A stretch of DNA of 60,749 nt from Nemertoderma westbladi (taxonomy: Eukaryota; Animalia; Xenacoelomorpha): contig JAUCBJ010006455.1 of NCBI GenBank assembly GCA_032718475.1, positions 1-60,749 on the forward strand. Reading direction: 5' to 3'. The notes beneath the pieces are model-generated. The model made no database searches. It was not told where the DNA came from and worked only from the letters and a program-made list of their open reading frames with translations. A program made the position numbers and the translations under genes. Shown here one piece after another: positions 38,085-50,338 of this stretch (positions within the stretch are counted from its first letter, which is position 1; each line of letters opens with the position of its first letter).

Positions 38085-41000
38085 ACTCAGCAAAGTGTAT
38101 TATTATTTGCTTTTGGCGTTATCAATTAATAGACTTTGGAGGGGGTGTTTGTGACTGAATTAATAATTGTGCATTGTTATTATTAATCTGTTAAACTTTA
38201 TATTGTGGTAATTAGACGTGTAATTGTGGTATTTAGAATTATTATTATTGGCTGTAATGATTATGATATAATATTTAATACAATTTGCAATATATATATA
38301 GGAAAAAAAATATATGGGTATTTGAGTTGAATGAGTTTTTGAGCTGAATGAGTTTGTAAAGTGAACAAGTCTATAAGATGAATGCATTTGTGCATTTATG
38401 AACACACTGCAGGAACTATTTGATCGGACACTACCTAGTACACTGCTAAATTTGATTTCATTCAGTTTCTTAGAACAGAACGATTAGAGGAAAAGCAATC
38501 CAGAAAAGCATACCACATCTTCAAAAGCAAATATATGTATCTTAAGAGATTGAATAAACAAATACGTAGGTTGTGGATTGAGCCCCGGAGTAACCCATAT
38601 AGTAGATAGTAAACAGGCGTCTTCATGAGAACCGTATAATATATGCTCTGATAAAGAAACACTTGAAGCTTTTTTTACATTCTATTGGAAATATAATTTC
38701 ACGATTTGCAGGTTTTTGGGATAACGTAGTGAATAGATTAGCATACGTGGTCCATCTGGTTTACTTGGTTAGTAGTTACCACCGCAACAATCTGCCCGTT
38801 TGTTAATCAATCATACTTTGGAATTATCTAGCAGGTGTTTCCAGTATATGGTAATGAGTAGAAATTCCGATTGTGTGTAATACTGCGCTTCTGAAGTGTG
38901 ATCGTAACAAACAAACTAGCATTACCTCGATACGGCGGTGTTGTGGTGGTTGCCAACCTTAAGTACAGAATAGAATCTGTACAGTTTCACCTGCCACGCA
39001 ATTTCCGCTTTTTTATTGTCTATATATTATGGTTTTCTTAGTTTCGTATGACATGTAGAACATTTTTCATTAATCCTTAATAGAAAATAATCCGACTTAA
39101 GTTTTACTTACACGACTGCAAAGTATAGCTAAACGGAGGTACCGGTACCGGTACCAGCAATCAGATTATATTATAAAAATAAGACAAAAAGCCATGAAGT
39201 CATCATTTTTAAATGACAGCTTAGTTATAGTAGAAAATAATTGCCTCAAGATTCCTAACAATTTCATTTAGGCTACAATACAGAATGGGTAAGGAGGATA
39301 AAATAATCGATACAATCACATAATTGCCACTAAGAAATCCGCCAGAAATACAAAACAATGTTTTAAATGGTGAGCGAATTTGTTATTGTCATCAATTATT
39401 TTATTAGAGGCCAAATTGTCACTTGTAGTTGAATTGTGGGAGGCAGATAACAACCAAAATGTCATTGAACAATTAGGTACAGAAGTGTTTCAATGGAAAT
39501 GGAACGAATTAGTATATCTATCAAGGGATGTGTAACACCCAACTATCCAACATATATTCATGAATGTTGTATAAAGTATTCATCCCTTAATGGTATTGTG
39601 AACCGAGCCAAACATAACGAAACTCTATTTCATTTCATGAATATTTCAGTGTCACCCTGAAAACGCTGCAAATATTTTATGTAACAGGCAGTTGTCATGT
39701 ACAATAATTGCGAATTGAAATAGTTAATAGTATCTAGCAGATAATTTGGTAAGAATAATGTTAAGCCTAACTTTCAGATGTAATCAGCAAAAATATTCAA
39801 CATTGACACTTTATGACTAAGAGAGTTCTGAGTCACAAGATTACTGACTTTCTGACTTATTTCTTTCGATTAGAAGATGAAATATCTGATAAATAAACAC
39901 AGTAAGAAATCTTGCACTGTATACGGCGTACGGTATTAGCAAACGGAGTAATGTAGGCTATTTTAAAGGAGATATATTCTATCAGCACAAAGCGGCATAC
40001 TCTCGCGCAAACAACAAATTAATACCGACACTAGTAGATTTATATCTCAACCTCAAAGCTTGCATCCGAAATAGTTAGGCACATGCAAATAATTATTTAT
40101 GGCGTGTATCAATCGTAAGGCTGAAAAGATACACGAGCTCGGAAAAACTATCTTCTTCTAGCAAATGTAATTTCCCATTTAATCAATAGCCATTGCCTTG
40201 GCAATAGGCCACTGCTATCAGCAGCAAAATGCCAAGAATACTTTAAACGTTAGGACAATTAATTAAATTCGGGATGAAATATTTTATGCTTCTCCAATTC
40301 AATAAACGTAGACATTTCGTTTTTCTATACGAAGTTTTTGCCGAATCGATTTCTCCGAGAAACGCATTGTGGGATGTCAGATGTTCTCTACACAAACTCT
40401 GATTGACTATGCTACAATGAATGCAAAGCTATTATAATTACCATATGTTTCATAAAAACCGTTCATTAAAACTAATATCAATACGGATTCACGATACATA
40501 GTTGGCTAGTTGGGGAAAGCAACTGAGTAGCAATTAGTTTATAAGGATACTGGTTCGCTTAAACACGCTATGTAATTCATTGACTATAAAATCTCCAGCT
40601 AGTTTCATTAACTGAGTTTTTCAACCACTAATGATTTATTGGTATATTTATCACGACAACATGACATAAATGATCACATATTGAATATAATTAATATGAC
40701 GAACATTATGTATGCCGGAACATGCGTTTATATATATTTAAAGAACAAAAATTTACAAATAAGAATAGAATATAAGTATATAGTTTATACTGAATTTGAT
40801 GAAGAGGACTGACTATTAGAGGATATGTGATGCCTTGAGTGATGAAAATGAGTAAGGGCGGGGGATCGGATCGTTGACTTAGAACAATAGACAGATACTG
40901 TATACGGAGATTAATGATATTATATACCATATATAGTTAGTTGTGAGGTATGAGGACGAACTTTAGAAATATGAATTCGCTCTGAATTATATTTATAATT

Positions 41001-42039
41001 ACTGATAAAAGTAGTCATAATAATATACAATAATTGAGTTGGACACAATGCGAACGTTTCACAGCTTATCTTTAACATCAATAGCAATTTTAATGAATAG
41101 AAAATCGTCATATATATATTTATAATTGAATATCGACTGAAAACTGTGGTACTTCTCTTGGGCGCTGCTGAAATGATCGATTTTGTATATTTCGAGTAAA
41201 AGTAATAATATACTGTGAGCCTAACTTACAATGCCATGAATCACAAGATAATTTAACGCTCCGATCAAAATAGCGTGGACCCTGAGTACAAAGCTATTCA
41301 ATGATAAGCATAGCTGATATGATGGGATGGCGGCTTCTTAGTAATATGGCCCCGGTAATTAGAAAATGTAGCATTTGGTGCTGTCCGTGCTGATCTCCAT
41401 GGAGCTATCAATGAACTTGAACCATATGTTTCCGGAGAAAGGTAGAGTCTATAGGCCACTATATACATTACCAACACAGTCAAAACCCCCCAATTATATA
41501 AAAACCGAAACTTCAATCAGCTTTACGGCGACAGATTTCCGTATACTAAACTACATTTAGCGAAACTCTACGGGCAACGGAATGCCATGTTGTAGTTTAT
41601 TAAATGCCGAGATTAATTCATAGATACACCATTGTGATTACAGTAGTACACAGCTGTTTGGGTTCGGGATATTTGAAGTAATTACTTTATTAGTCACAGG
41701 TGTTATCATCGTTTATGAATTTATCAGAATTATTTCTGCGTTTCAAGTTTAATATAAATTTAACAAGTTGAATTACTCCCGAATTACCGGAGAGGGAGGC
41801 TGGGCTGGGGGTGAGGGCATGATACATATGAATGAATGCATTACACATTTTGTAGTGATTTATTGTAACCAAGGTGAACTAAATATATTAAAGTTGGCCG
41901 ACTGTAAAAAGGTTTAGCTTTTCTCTTTCATTTATCGCGCGAAAAAAATAAACCGATCCTAAAAACTTTTACTAAAAATCTTTCATCCCTTCATGGTAGC
42001 GGTATTTCCAAACCCGTTTTGATTATCAATCCCCTGTGA

Positions 42040-42305
42040 CTACTACTAGGATCGGAATGCTGCTTTGCAGCTGCATTTTTAAGAATGCTGTGCCGGCTTG
42101 TCGACAAAATTGCGCCGCCACAACTCCCTATCACCCATGACATTTGCTAGATCATCCGCATCTTCAAGGCCAGTGTCCTTTAAGATGCGTCTCAAGAAAG
42201 TCATGGGCTGTCCACCATGCTTATTCAATCCATGAGGCTGCCAAAGCACAAGATTATGCTCTGGCTGGTCCTCACGGCCAAAGCAATGTCCTGCAAAGCG
42301 GAGGC
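42040..42305 (-). mobile_element. RTE LINE, short 3'-end copy 3
   Basis: Near-identical to 37807-38072 (LRFAGHCF...NFVDKPAQHS), (TAG)3 tail; probable TSD cccctgtga (42031-42039) / cccctgcga (42310-42318). Confidence 0.93.
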
Positions 42306-42504
42306 CGACCCCCTGCGAACCCACACCCAGTAGCTGATGTCTCACCAATGGCCATTATAAGCATGACAGACCACCTGTCGTGCCCATGGAAACATGTCTG
42401 AAAAACTCGTATTACTGTAATTTGTAATGTTAGTTTATAGTTGACAAATTTATTCCAGATTTATTGTTCTAATATTATAAGAGTAATCATTTAATTTTAT
42501 ATAG

Positions 42505-42598
42505 TGTGACGTGACATTGGGGAGGGGGGGTGGGGGTTAGCCATTTCGTGACGATTTGTGACGAAGGGGGGTGGGGTCAAAATTTTATGGATGGCCCC
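42505..42598. mobile_element. One end of a probable PIF/Harbinger-type MITE
   Basis: gtgacg repeats and G tracts ending tttatggatggcccc|taa; the partner TIR was not found. Confidence 0.4.
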
Positions 42599-44570
42599 TA
42601 AGGTAAACTAAGGAAAACTTCATTATATTTTTTATTTATTTATACTTTATTCCAGGTAACAATTAATATTACAATTAACATCAACCCATAATAATAATTA
42701 CAGTAATAGCACATAGGAGAAGTTGTTTAATGTAAATTAAATTCTTATTAAATTGTCTTATTTGGTCTTTTGCTATGGTAACGTGGACTGTAAATGTCAC
42801 CGAATGTGTACACTATGACGGGTAGTATCACCATGCTACTGAGCTGTAGTGATATTTTTAAATAATTACAAATATGGGAGCAAATAGTTGAGTAAAGGTA
42901 CACGAATTCTCCACTTAAACTTAATATTTTGATACTTGTGTAAATTACTCTGGTCCAAATAATGGGCCTGTGTCTGCGACATTAGACTCTATTTGATGTT
43001 ATATTGTCCTTGATGTGTTCCCAAGATATTATTTAAGTTGTGTGATGAGTTTTTTAATTTTTAATACTGTTTGTTGCTTTTCTCAGGAAAGGAAAGAAAT
43101 TAATAATTTATATTTCATAAATCTGTTGCTAAGGCGGTTACTAGGGCCGCGACTGCAAGGGAATTTCGGAATTTTTCTTCTTTACCAAAGTGTTTATAAC
43201 AGTTTCAGGACAAAATTGATGCATTTTGATTAACTTTCAATATATACACTGGTTAAGAGACGAGATTCACTAACATTCACCATGAACTTATATCCTAAAA
43301 TCGAAAATTGTAGAGCAAAAAACTTTGATGCCCAAAAAAGGCATTAAGTCAAAAATGCAGAGGTGGCATCCGGTCTAGCTGGATTCGCCATGTATTGAAG
43401 TACAAAAATCACGTGGATGCCAACCATTAACGAAAAATGCCCTATAATCTTAATTTTCGGGATTTGGCAGGTATTTACACATGTAATGAAATTTAAGAAA
43501 TTCCACCAAAAATATCTTCATATTTCCGAATTTTACTTTGTTTATTTTTTTGCCTACATTTTTACTAGGGAGAAAAAGTACACCTTTTTCTTCCGATTTT
43601 GGGGTATAAACGATCGGGCGAAATTTGTAAATATTATATTTTTTTCCATTGGGGATATTTTAGGTCCCAAAGTGAAGTGTAGTATAAAATGAAGTGTTCC
43701 AGGATATACTGTGTGTAAACTATACAATAATATCTACAGATTATGATGTTTCATAACATTTAAAGACAAATTTCCAAGCTTTCATTTTGTATATAACATG
43801 TTAGATTTTATTAAAACCTGAAAGAAACTAGAGCTCCTTATTTAACTGTACTTTTAGTAAAAAAATTCGCAAAAAATCACGTGTTTCCGTAGTATTTCAT
43901 GATAATTTATGATATACATTTACAGTTTAGGGTTGAGCAAATTAGAGGTGATCCTAAACCTTCTGTTTTATTTTACAGAATAACGTTTTAGAAATAAAAA
44001 CTATTTAAATTTCTAGCAATGGGCATGTAGACATGTTCATATTTAGAGAGTTACAGTAGTTCAGGTGGGGGTGAGAAATTGTCGATGAAATCAAAGAATT
44101 TATCCCCCCCCCCCCCCCCCCCACCCCCCCACACACACCGGGGGAAATTCGACGCAAATAACAGCTGATTACTCCCAAAAATAAAAGTGTAATATGTTCT
44201 ATTGACTTTAGTTTACTTTACTTTTGTTATAATAACGTGCTACTATAACCTGCTCCTTTCCCTTAATTAATCATTTAACATTCTGATAACATATATTATT
44301 TCGCTGGGATGGGATTTGCGTCAAGTTCCCCCGCGACACGCATGTTTCTACAATTATGAAATAAAATATGTTAAATTGTTAAATTGTAAATTAATGGATA
44401 ATTAATATTATAAATAAATAGCACAACAAAAGTATTACAAACAGTATGGATAATTTATAGCATTAAAATATATCGCATATTTATTTAATACCAACAATCG
44501 CTTATTGCACTATAACGATGAAATGAAATAACAAGGCAAATAACAGGATGAAGCTCACTGGAGTAATAGG

Positions 44571-46943
44571 TTACGACACGTTTAATAATTGATCGAGTTT
44601 GAGACCGATTCTCTTTCTGTTGACATCTACGTTTACAACGGAGACCTCCACCCGATCTCCTAGCTGCAACGTCCGACGACCCGATGGCAGCACCCGCATG
44701 TTACTCACATGTAGGAGTCCGCAAACACCGACGCCGACGTCGACGAAAGCGCCGAAATCCACGACGTTATCGACCCGCCCAGAGAGAACGCAACCGACTC
44801 GCAGCTCCTCGATCCGACTCAGTTGCGTGCGGAACAACGGCGACGTCGTCTCGGTTCGCACGTCGTAGTCGAGCGGTTGTCGCAACGCCTGGAGGATCTG
44901 CGACATGTTACCGCGAGTGGTTCGCATGGCGACGGCGACGCTGTCAACCTCCGCCTCGGCTACAGCGGCACAGACGGCTGGGGAACCGACCTGGGAGACC
45001 GCGAAACCGAGCGAGAGGAGGAAGCGAGTCGCCACGTCGTAGGACTCGGGATGCACGCTCGTCCGGTCCAGAGGATCCCACAAAACTCGGGACTTCTTCG
45101 AACGAACCCCGGACGCCGCGTTGACTAACTTACGTTTCCGACCGGCAGTTTGTTTCGTTTCGGAATGGACGTCCGAGATCTCGGACACCTCGTTGGAGAC
45201 GCGAACGAAACCTGCGAACTGCTGGTAGGATTTCTCCCCAACTCCTTTAACTTCCATCAACTGACTCCGATTCACGAATCTCCCATGTTTGCCACGCCAT
45301 TCTACGATATTCTTCGCCCTAGTTTTATTAATTCCCGCTATTTTCGCCAATAAACATTCCGTCGCGTAGTTGACGTCGACTCCCACGAAACTAACGCACT
45401 CCTGTACGACGGACTCGAGTGAGTGCAGCAACCGGGTCTCCGGTACATCGTGTTGGTACATCCCGACCCCGAGGTGTTTAGGGTCTACTTTGACCAGCTC
45501 CACCAGGGGGTCCTGGAGACGGCGTGCTATCGACACGGCACTCCGTAACGTCGAGTCCAACTCCGGCATTTCGGAGGCCGCGGTGTCGCTGACGCTGTAG
45601 ACCGAAGCGCCGCTCTCGTTGACGATGCAATACGAGACGGCGATTGGCTGAAATAAACCGGAAGATATCATCTCCGCTACGGCGGATTCCGTCTCTCTAC
45701 AAGCCGTCCCGTTGCCTATAGCAACGCGACTGCAGTTGTATCGTTTCACTAGGCTCTGCAACTTACCGCAGACGGCTTTACGCGGCTCGCAGTTACTGCC
45801 GTGCATGTAGACAACCTGGGTGGTGAGGATCTCACCGGAAACCGAAACGACGCCGATTTTACAGCCGTTCGCGAACCCGGGATCAATTCCGATAACCGGA
45901 TGGCCTTTAACCGGCGGCGTCAGTAGGAGATTCCGGAGGTTAGCGGAGAAGGATTCCACCGATGAATCCTGAGCCGTTCGCAGTAATCCCTTGCGAATAG
46001 AACGCAACATAAGGGGGTGGATAAACTTTGTGAATGATCTTTCCGCGGCCTTTTCAATAATAAGTTTCGCAGATTCGCAATGATTAACAGGAAACCTACT
46101 CATCGATTTGTTAATTATTCTATGTTTTATAAACTCAGGTGTAATAATTTTGACACGAAGAATTTTCAAACTTTCCCCTCTATTTATAGCTAAAATTTGA
46201 TGGGATTGCATTCTATGGACCGGTTGAGCAAACTGAAAGTAATTCTCAAACTTATAAGCAGTAGGCCTAGGCCTATTATTTTTACTGTTTTTTAAAGTTT
46301 CAGACTTTTTGTTGCTTTCAATTTTAGATACTTCCATAGTTATTCCTCTATCACTAACGAGGTCTCGCATACATTCCAGCGTTTTAAAATCCTTTGCAAT
46401 TTCTTCTGCAATGATATTTACGACACCATCAATAACATCGCCTTTAGACTGTCGACCTTCAATATCGGGATTTACTGAGTTTTCCATATTTAACTTGCCC
46501 TTACCGGACATTACTTGATCTGCCAACGGTTGCAACCCAATATTTCGCGCTCTCTCAGCCAAAGTCCCCTTAGAACTCGGTTTAAACGGCGCGTACAGAT
46601 GGTCCAATTCTTCTATGGTCTCGGCTTTTAATATAGAACGGCTAAGATTCGGGGTGAGTTTCCCTTTCCCCAGTTTAGATATGGCGTTGTGGATCGAAGA
46701 CGCCTTAGTTTCAAGTCGTTTCAAATCTTCGTACTCGTGTAAAGCTTTCCGTATGGCCGATGCATCGATGTTACCGGTTTGTTCTTTCCGATAACGAGAT
46801 ATAAACGGAACGGTGTTCTCCTCGGCAAACAGAGCTATGAGATTTTCAGCAACACGTCTTTCTATGTCGCACTTCCGTGACATTAAATCGGCGGGAGACC
46901 ACGACACCAACGGTGGAACAGTTCTAGAAAACGAAAAAGACAT
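44571..46943 (-). CDS. SRBD1: S1 RNA-binding domain-containing protein 1 (Tex/Spt6-like family), single coding exon, 790 aa
   Basis: Tex-N NTVPFISRYRKEQTG; YqgF-like domain IGIDPGFANGCK..IAIGNGTACRETE-type motif (VAIGNGTACRETE)..VNESGASVYS; RSAVSIARRLQDPLVELVK; GVGMYQHD; HhH motifs; LDRTSVHPESY; C-terminal S1 domain GRVDNVVDFGAFVDVGVGVCGLLHVS. Minus-strand AATAAA at ~44480. Confidence 0.95.
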   Translation of the reverse strand: MSFSFSRTVPPLVSWSPADLMSRKCDIERRVAENLIALFAEENTVPFISRYRKEQTGNIDASAIRKALHEYEDLKRLETKASSIHNAISKLGKGKLTPNLSRSILKAETIEELDHLYAPFKPSSKGTLAERARNIGLQPLADQVMSGKGKLNMENSVNPDIEGRQSKGDVIDGVVNIIAEEIAKDFKTLECMRDLVSDRGITMEVSKIESNKKSETLKNSKNNRPRPTAYKFENYFQFAQPVHRMQSHQILAINRGESLKILRVKIITPEFIKHRIINKSMSRFPVNHCESAKLIIEKAAERSFTKFIHPLMLRSIRKGLLRTAQDSSVESFSANLRNLLLTPPVKGHPVIGIDPGFANGCKIGVVSVSGEILTTQVVYMHGSNCEPRKAVCGKLQSLVKRYNCSRVAIGNGTACRETESAVAEMISSGLFQPIAVSYCIVNESGASVYSVSDTAASEMPELDSTLRSAVSIARRLQDPLVELVKVDPKHLGVGMYQHDVPETRLLHSLESVVQECVSFVGVDVNYATECLLAKIAGINKTRAKNIVEWRGKHGRFVNRSQLMEVKGVGEKSYQQFAGFVRVSNEVSEISDVHSETKQTAGRKRKLVNAASGVRSKKSRVLWDPLDRTSVHPESYDVATRFLLSLGFAVSQVGSPAVCAAVAEAEVDSVAVAMRTTRGNMSQILQALRQPLDYDVRTETTSPLFRTQLSRIEELRVGCVLSGRVDNVVDFGAFVDVGVGVCGLLHVSNMRVLPSGRRTLQLGDRVEVSVVNVDVNRKRIGLKLDQLLNVS

Positions 46944-48103
46944 ACCGGTCAGCCGGTACCCGGTACTTTTGTATTTATTTATTATGTTGGTTCTTTCAGT
47001 TCTTTCACTACAGTTTACTGGTTTAGCGGTTTAATTCTTTCAGCATATTAGTTCAGTTGCTCAGCGGTCAGTGTGGCACAATCAGATAGTACAGCTATAC
47101 AAGTGGCAGAGTGGTGTACATGTACAACCGTACGCGGTACGGGTAGTCACTAGTCAGACATACATGCATTCATACAGTCATATGCCGTTGATGTATACAG
47201 TACATAGTACAGTTTCAGTCCACTCCACTCAGTACTCAGCTGCTCAGTATACAGACCACTGAGACCAGCAGACAGACAGAAGGCTGATAGGAATACAGGT
47301 GCAGGTATAGGCCTAATATTACTGAAAAATGTTTGTAATTTGAAAATCCCTCCATTCATGTTCCTGCCTTCTCTTTCATCTATATTTCATAAGCAACAAA
47401 TCGTAATTACGTAATTTTTATGATGTCAATATGCCAACGTTTATGTCCTTTACATACTACAGTAGCATTATATTTATTCTAAAAAATTGCCTCTTTTTAT
47501 TATAAAAAAATACAGTATTAATAATAATTTATTTAAACGCTGAAATATTTAATAAAAAATAATAATTTATAAACGATGTTTATGGAGCACCCTTGGACAT
47601 TTTTATTCCTTCTAATAATATCCATACTCCATATAGATTGGCGCAAAAGAAAAGGTAACATATTTTCCTAAACGTTCATTAATGTACATATTGGGCGTGG
47701 AACAAAAACTGACCTATGCTCCTAAAATTTGCAAATGAAAGTGAAACTAATATTAATAAGTGAATTGTTGTGGGGTGAGTGACGCGGAGTATTAAATATA
47801 TAATTATGCATTATCATATTGTCCTATTTACATTATATATTTGAAACTAATATTATTGACTTGTTGTATACACTGGTACACCTCCTATAGGGACCGGTAT
47901 CATCAGAAAGCATAGAGCTGAACATCATACCTTAACTCCGTAATCAACATCATAAATACAGTATAATTACTACTACTACACTACTAGGTCGAGTGAGCTC
48001 GGACAGTGGAAATGAAATCCTACAGCGCCACAGGCTTCCCGATTCTCCATAGTTGTCGCAATTTTTCGGTTCTCTTAAGTTCAGTAACCCTTTCATGTTG
48101 GTC

Positions 48104-48158
48104 TATATGTCTATATGTATGTATATATATATGTATGTATGTATGTATATGTATGTAT
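48104..48158. repeat. (TATG/TA)n microsatellite
   Basis: tatatgtctatatgtatgtatatatatatgtatgtatgtatgtatatgtatgtata. Confidence 0.85.
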
Positions 48159-48164
48159 AGGCAT

Positions 48165-49150
48165 GGCAAGCCGCACTCCGGATGATCTGCCCAGTATTTT
48201 ATATTCTAAACTTGCAATATCTTTAAATGTGCCTTTATCAGTTATTTTTAATATATAATTTGCTTCCAATGCTCTGCCATCTGTTTGGCTTACTGCTTTA
48301 GTTATTCCATTGTACAAGAAAGGCGCTTCGGGCCCTTATAATTATAGACCGGTATCACTTACTTGTATAGCATGTCAACTTATGGAAATGTGCATTAAAG
48401 TAGAACATAAATTAATTTCAAAATCTCAGCCTGGGTTCCTACAGCGTAGATCTACTTGTACACAATTATTAGAGTGTATCACCGACTGGACACAAATGCT
48501 TGATAATCGTAAGAATATTAATATTGTTTATATTGATTTTGCAAAAGCTTTTGATTCGGTGGTGCACTCTAAGATATTGGCAAAACTGTCTTCATATGCT
48601 ATCTGCGGCAATTTACTAGGTTGGATTGGTGCATTTTCGGCTAACAGAACTCATCGAATGGTGGTTGGTAATTGTTTTTCTGTAATTTATAAGGTTACTT
48701 CAGGCACTCCCCAAGGTAGTGTTATGTCCTGTTTCTGATTTTTATAAACGACCTTCCGGTGCTATTAGACTCTTATAAAATCTCTAACATGATTTTGCGT
48801 TGTTTCTATTCGAACAACAAAAAAGGCATTGCTTTTAGCCTACAAGGCATATATATGTTAGGCCTTTACTAGTGTATTGTACTCAAGTTTGGTCGCCGTT
48901 CACGATGGCTAGTATCGATCTCATTGAAAGGTGTGCAACGTTATTATACAAGACGTCTTTATATCTTCGGTGCAATCTAGGTAGGACTACTGTAGTTATT
49001 TCGAACGATTGGAGAATTTTAAGCTGCAAACATTAGAAATTCGCCGTATAATTTATGATCAAACTATTTTACACGGTCTGATAGATTTAGCCTTTGATGA
49101 TTTTTTTTTCTTATCCTGTGCGTAGAGGACTGAGAGAACACAACCACAAG
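48165..49150 (+). mobile_element. Decayed CR1-like LINE reverse-transcriptase fragment with internal deletion
   Basis: TPDDLP..PLSVIFN..W..ALVIPLYKKG..NYRPVSLT..QPGF..RSTCTQLL..VYIDFAKAFDSVVH..SGTPQGSV..FINDL, then a jump to MILRCF..VRPLL.YCTQVWSP..YFERL..LEIRR; the YADD region is missing. Confidence 0.9.
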
Positions 49151-49469
49151 CTATTGGTTAACTACAGTAGATACAGTAAAGGCAAAGAAATGGGAGGACA
49201 TTTAATGTTTACACATGTAGCCTCATAGCGGCTGGCATGCGCACTGTTCTTGTTCTTGTAGGCCTAACGGTGCTATGTGCACTGATTACTGTCGTAATTG
49301 CAACTCTTAACACAATGTATTTTCATTTATTTAAGAATGTTATATGGCATAAAGTGATGACAAATATAAAATCTCTAAATATACGTAAACTTCACTTATC
49401 TTTCAAAATGCGCTCTTTTACGTCGTCAAAACAGCTAAGTGATATGAAAAATACTTTGTTAACAATTTT

Positions 49470-49920
49470 GACAAGTTGCCATGACATCTAGAAACTGAAA
49501 CATATTGCATATTTCACCTTAAACTCAATATGGTGGGGGTGGAGGTTGATTTAATGACGCTACGGCTAATATATAGCCCGTTTCTAGCCCAAGTTACCCG
49601 TTGCCATGGCAACTGCAAGCAAGTAAGTAGTGCATATTGTTCCTTAGACTTGATATATTGTTGATAGACTCTGATCCAATGACGCTACGCCCACTGCAAA
49701 TGCCTTACGCCCGTTTAAAGCCCGTTGCTAAGGACATTGTCAATACTGCTAACTGTGAAAGTAGTTTTCACTTGGTTGCTTGCTATACAGTATGGTATTT
49801 TCAAAAAACGAAATATGCCATTAAATTCTTGATATCCAAAATAGTAATCTTTCATCAATTTTAACTCTTCATATTTACTATAAGAGCTGTTGCTATGGCA
49901 ATTTTCTCCGTTGCCATTTC
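49470..49920. repeat. Repeat-like segment with recurring RFX X-box palindromes
   Basis: gttgccatgacatc (49475), perfect GTTGCCATGGCAAC (49600), gttgctaaggacat (49724), gttgctatggcaat (49889); internal ~124-bp unit starting atgacgctacg. Confidence 0.55.
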
Positions 49921-50338
49921 TAAGACTCTCTAAAAAACGAGCGCAACCATATTTGGTGAAGTCTAGCCAAATTTATTTTAATGTCCCATATCAGTAGGCC
50001 TACTAAACATCTACTGTATGTAGGGCGGCGTAAAGGGGCAGTACAGTTGTTGGTATCACAGACGCTAACTTTCATATCTTCGAAAAACCTTTTTACTTAA
50101 TATTCTTTCTATATTTCTTATTGTAAAATTTGAGTAATTTCAAAAAATGTACACTTTATTTTACAACAAAAATTTACAGTATATGCAGCGTTTCGAGTAG
50201 TTGTTTCGTAATATTACACTTTAGGAATAAAACAACGTAGGCCTACCTACTGTACTTTTTGCATTTTTATTTACGGTTTTCCGTCTCTGTAGCCTTATTT
50301 TGAGTTCACCCACCCACCCACTACTTTCTTTCGTTTAA

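Noticed and set aside
43130-43960. Probable DNA-transposon interior
   Set aside because: Texture is TE-like but no TIR pair or TSD could be located.
44599-45600. Plus-strand ORFs overlapping SRBD1
   Set aside because: Antisense shadows of a GC-rich coding sequence.
44571-46943. Bacterial tex contamination or recent horizontal transfer
   Set aside because: Sequence features resemble animal SRBD1, a polyA signal is present, and the flanks are host-type repeats; only a phylogeny could revive the idea.
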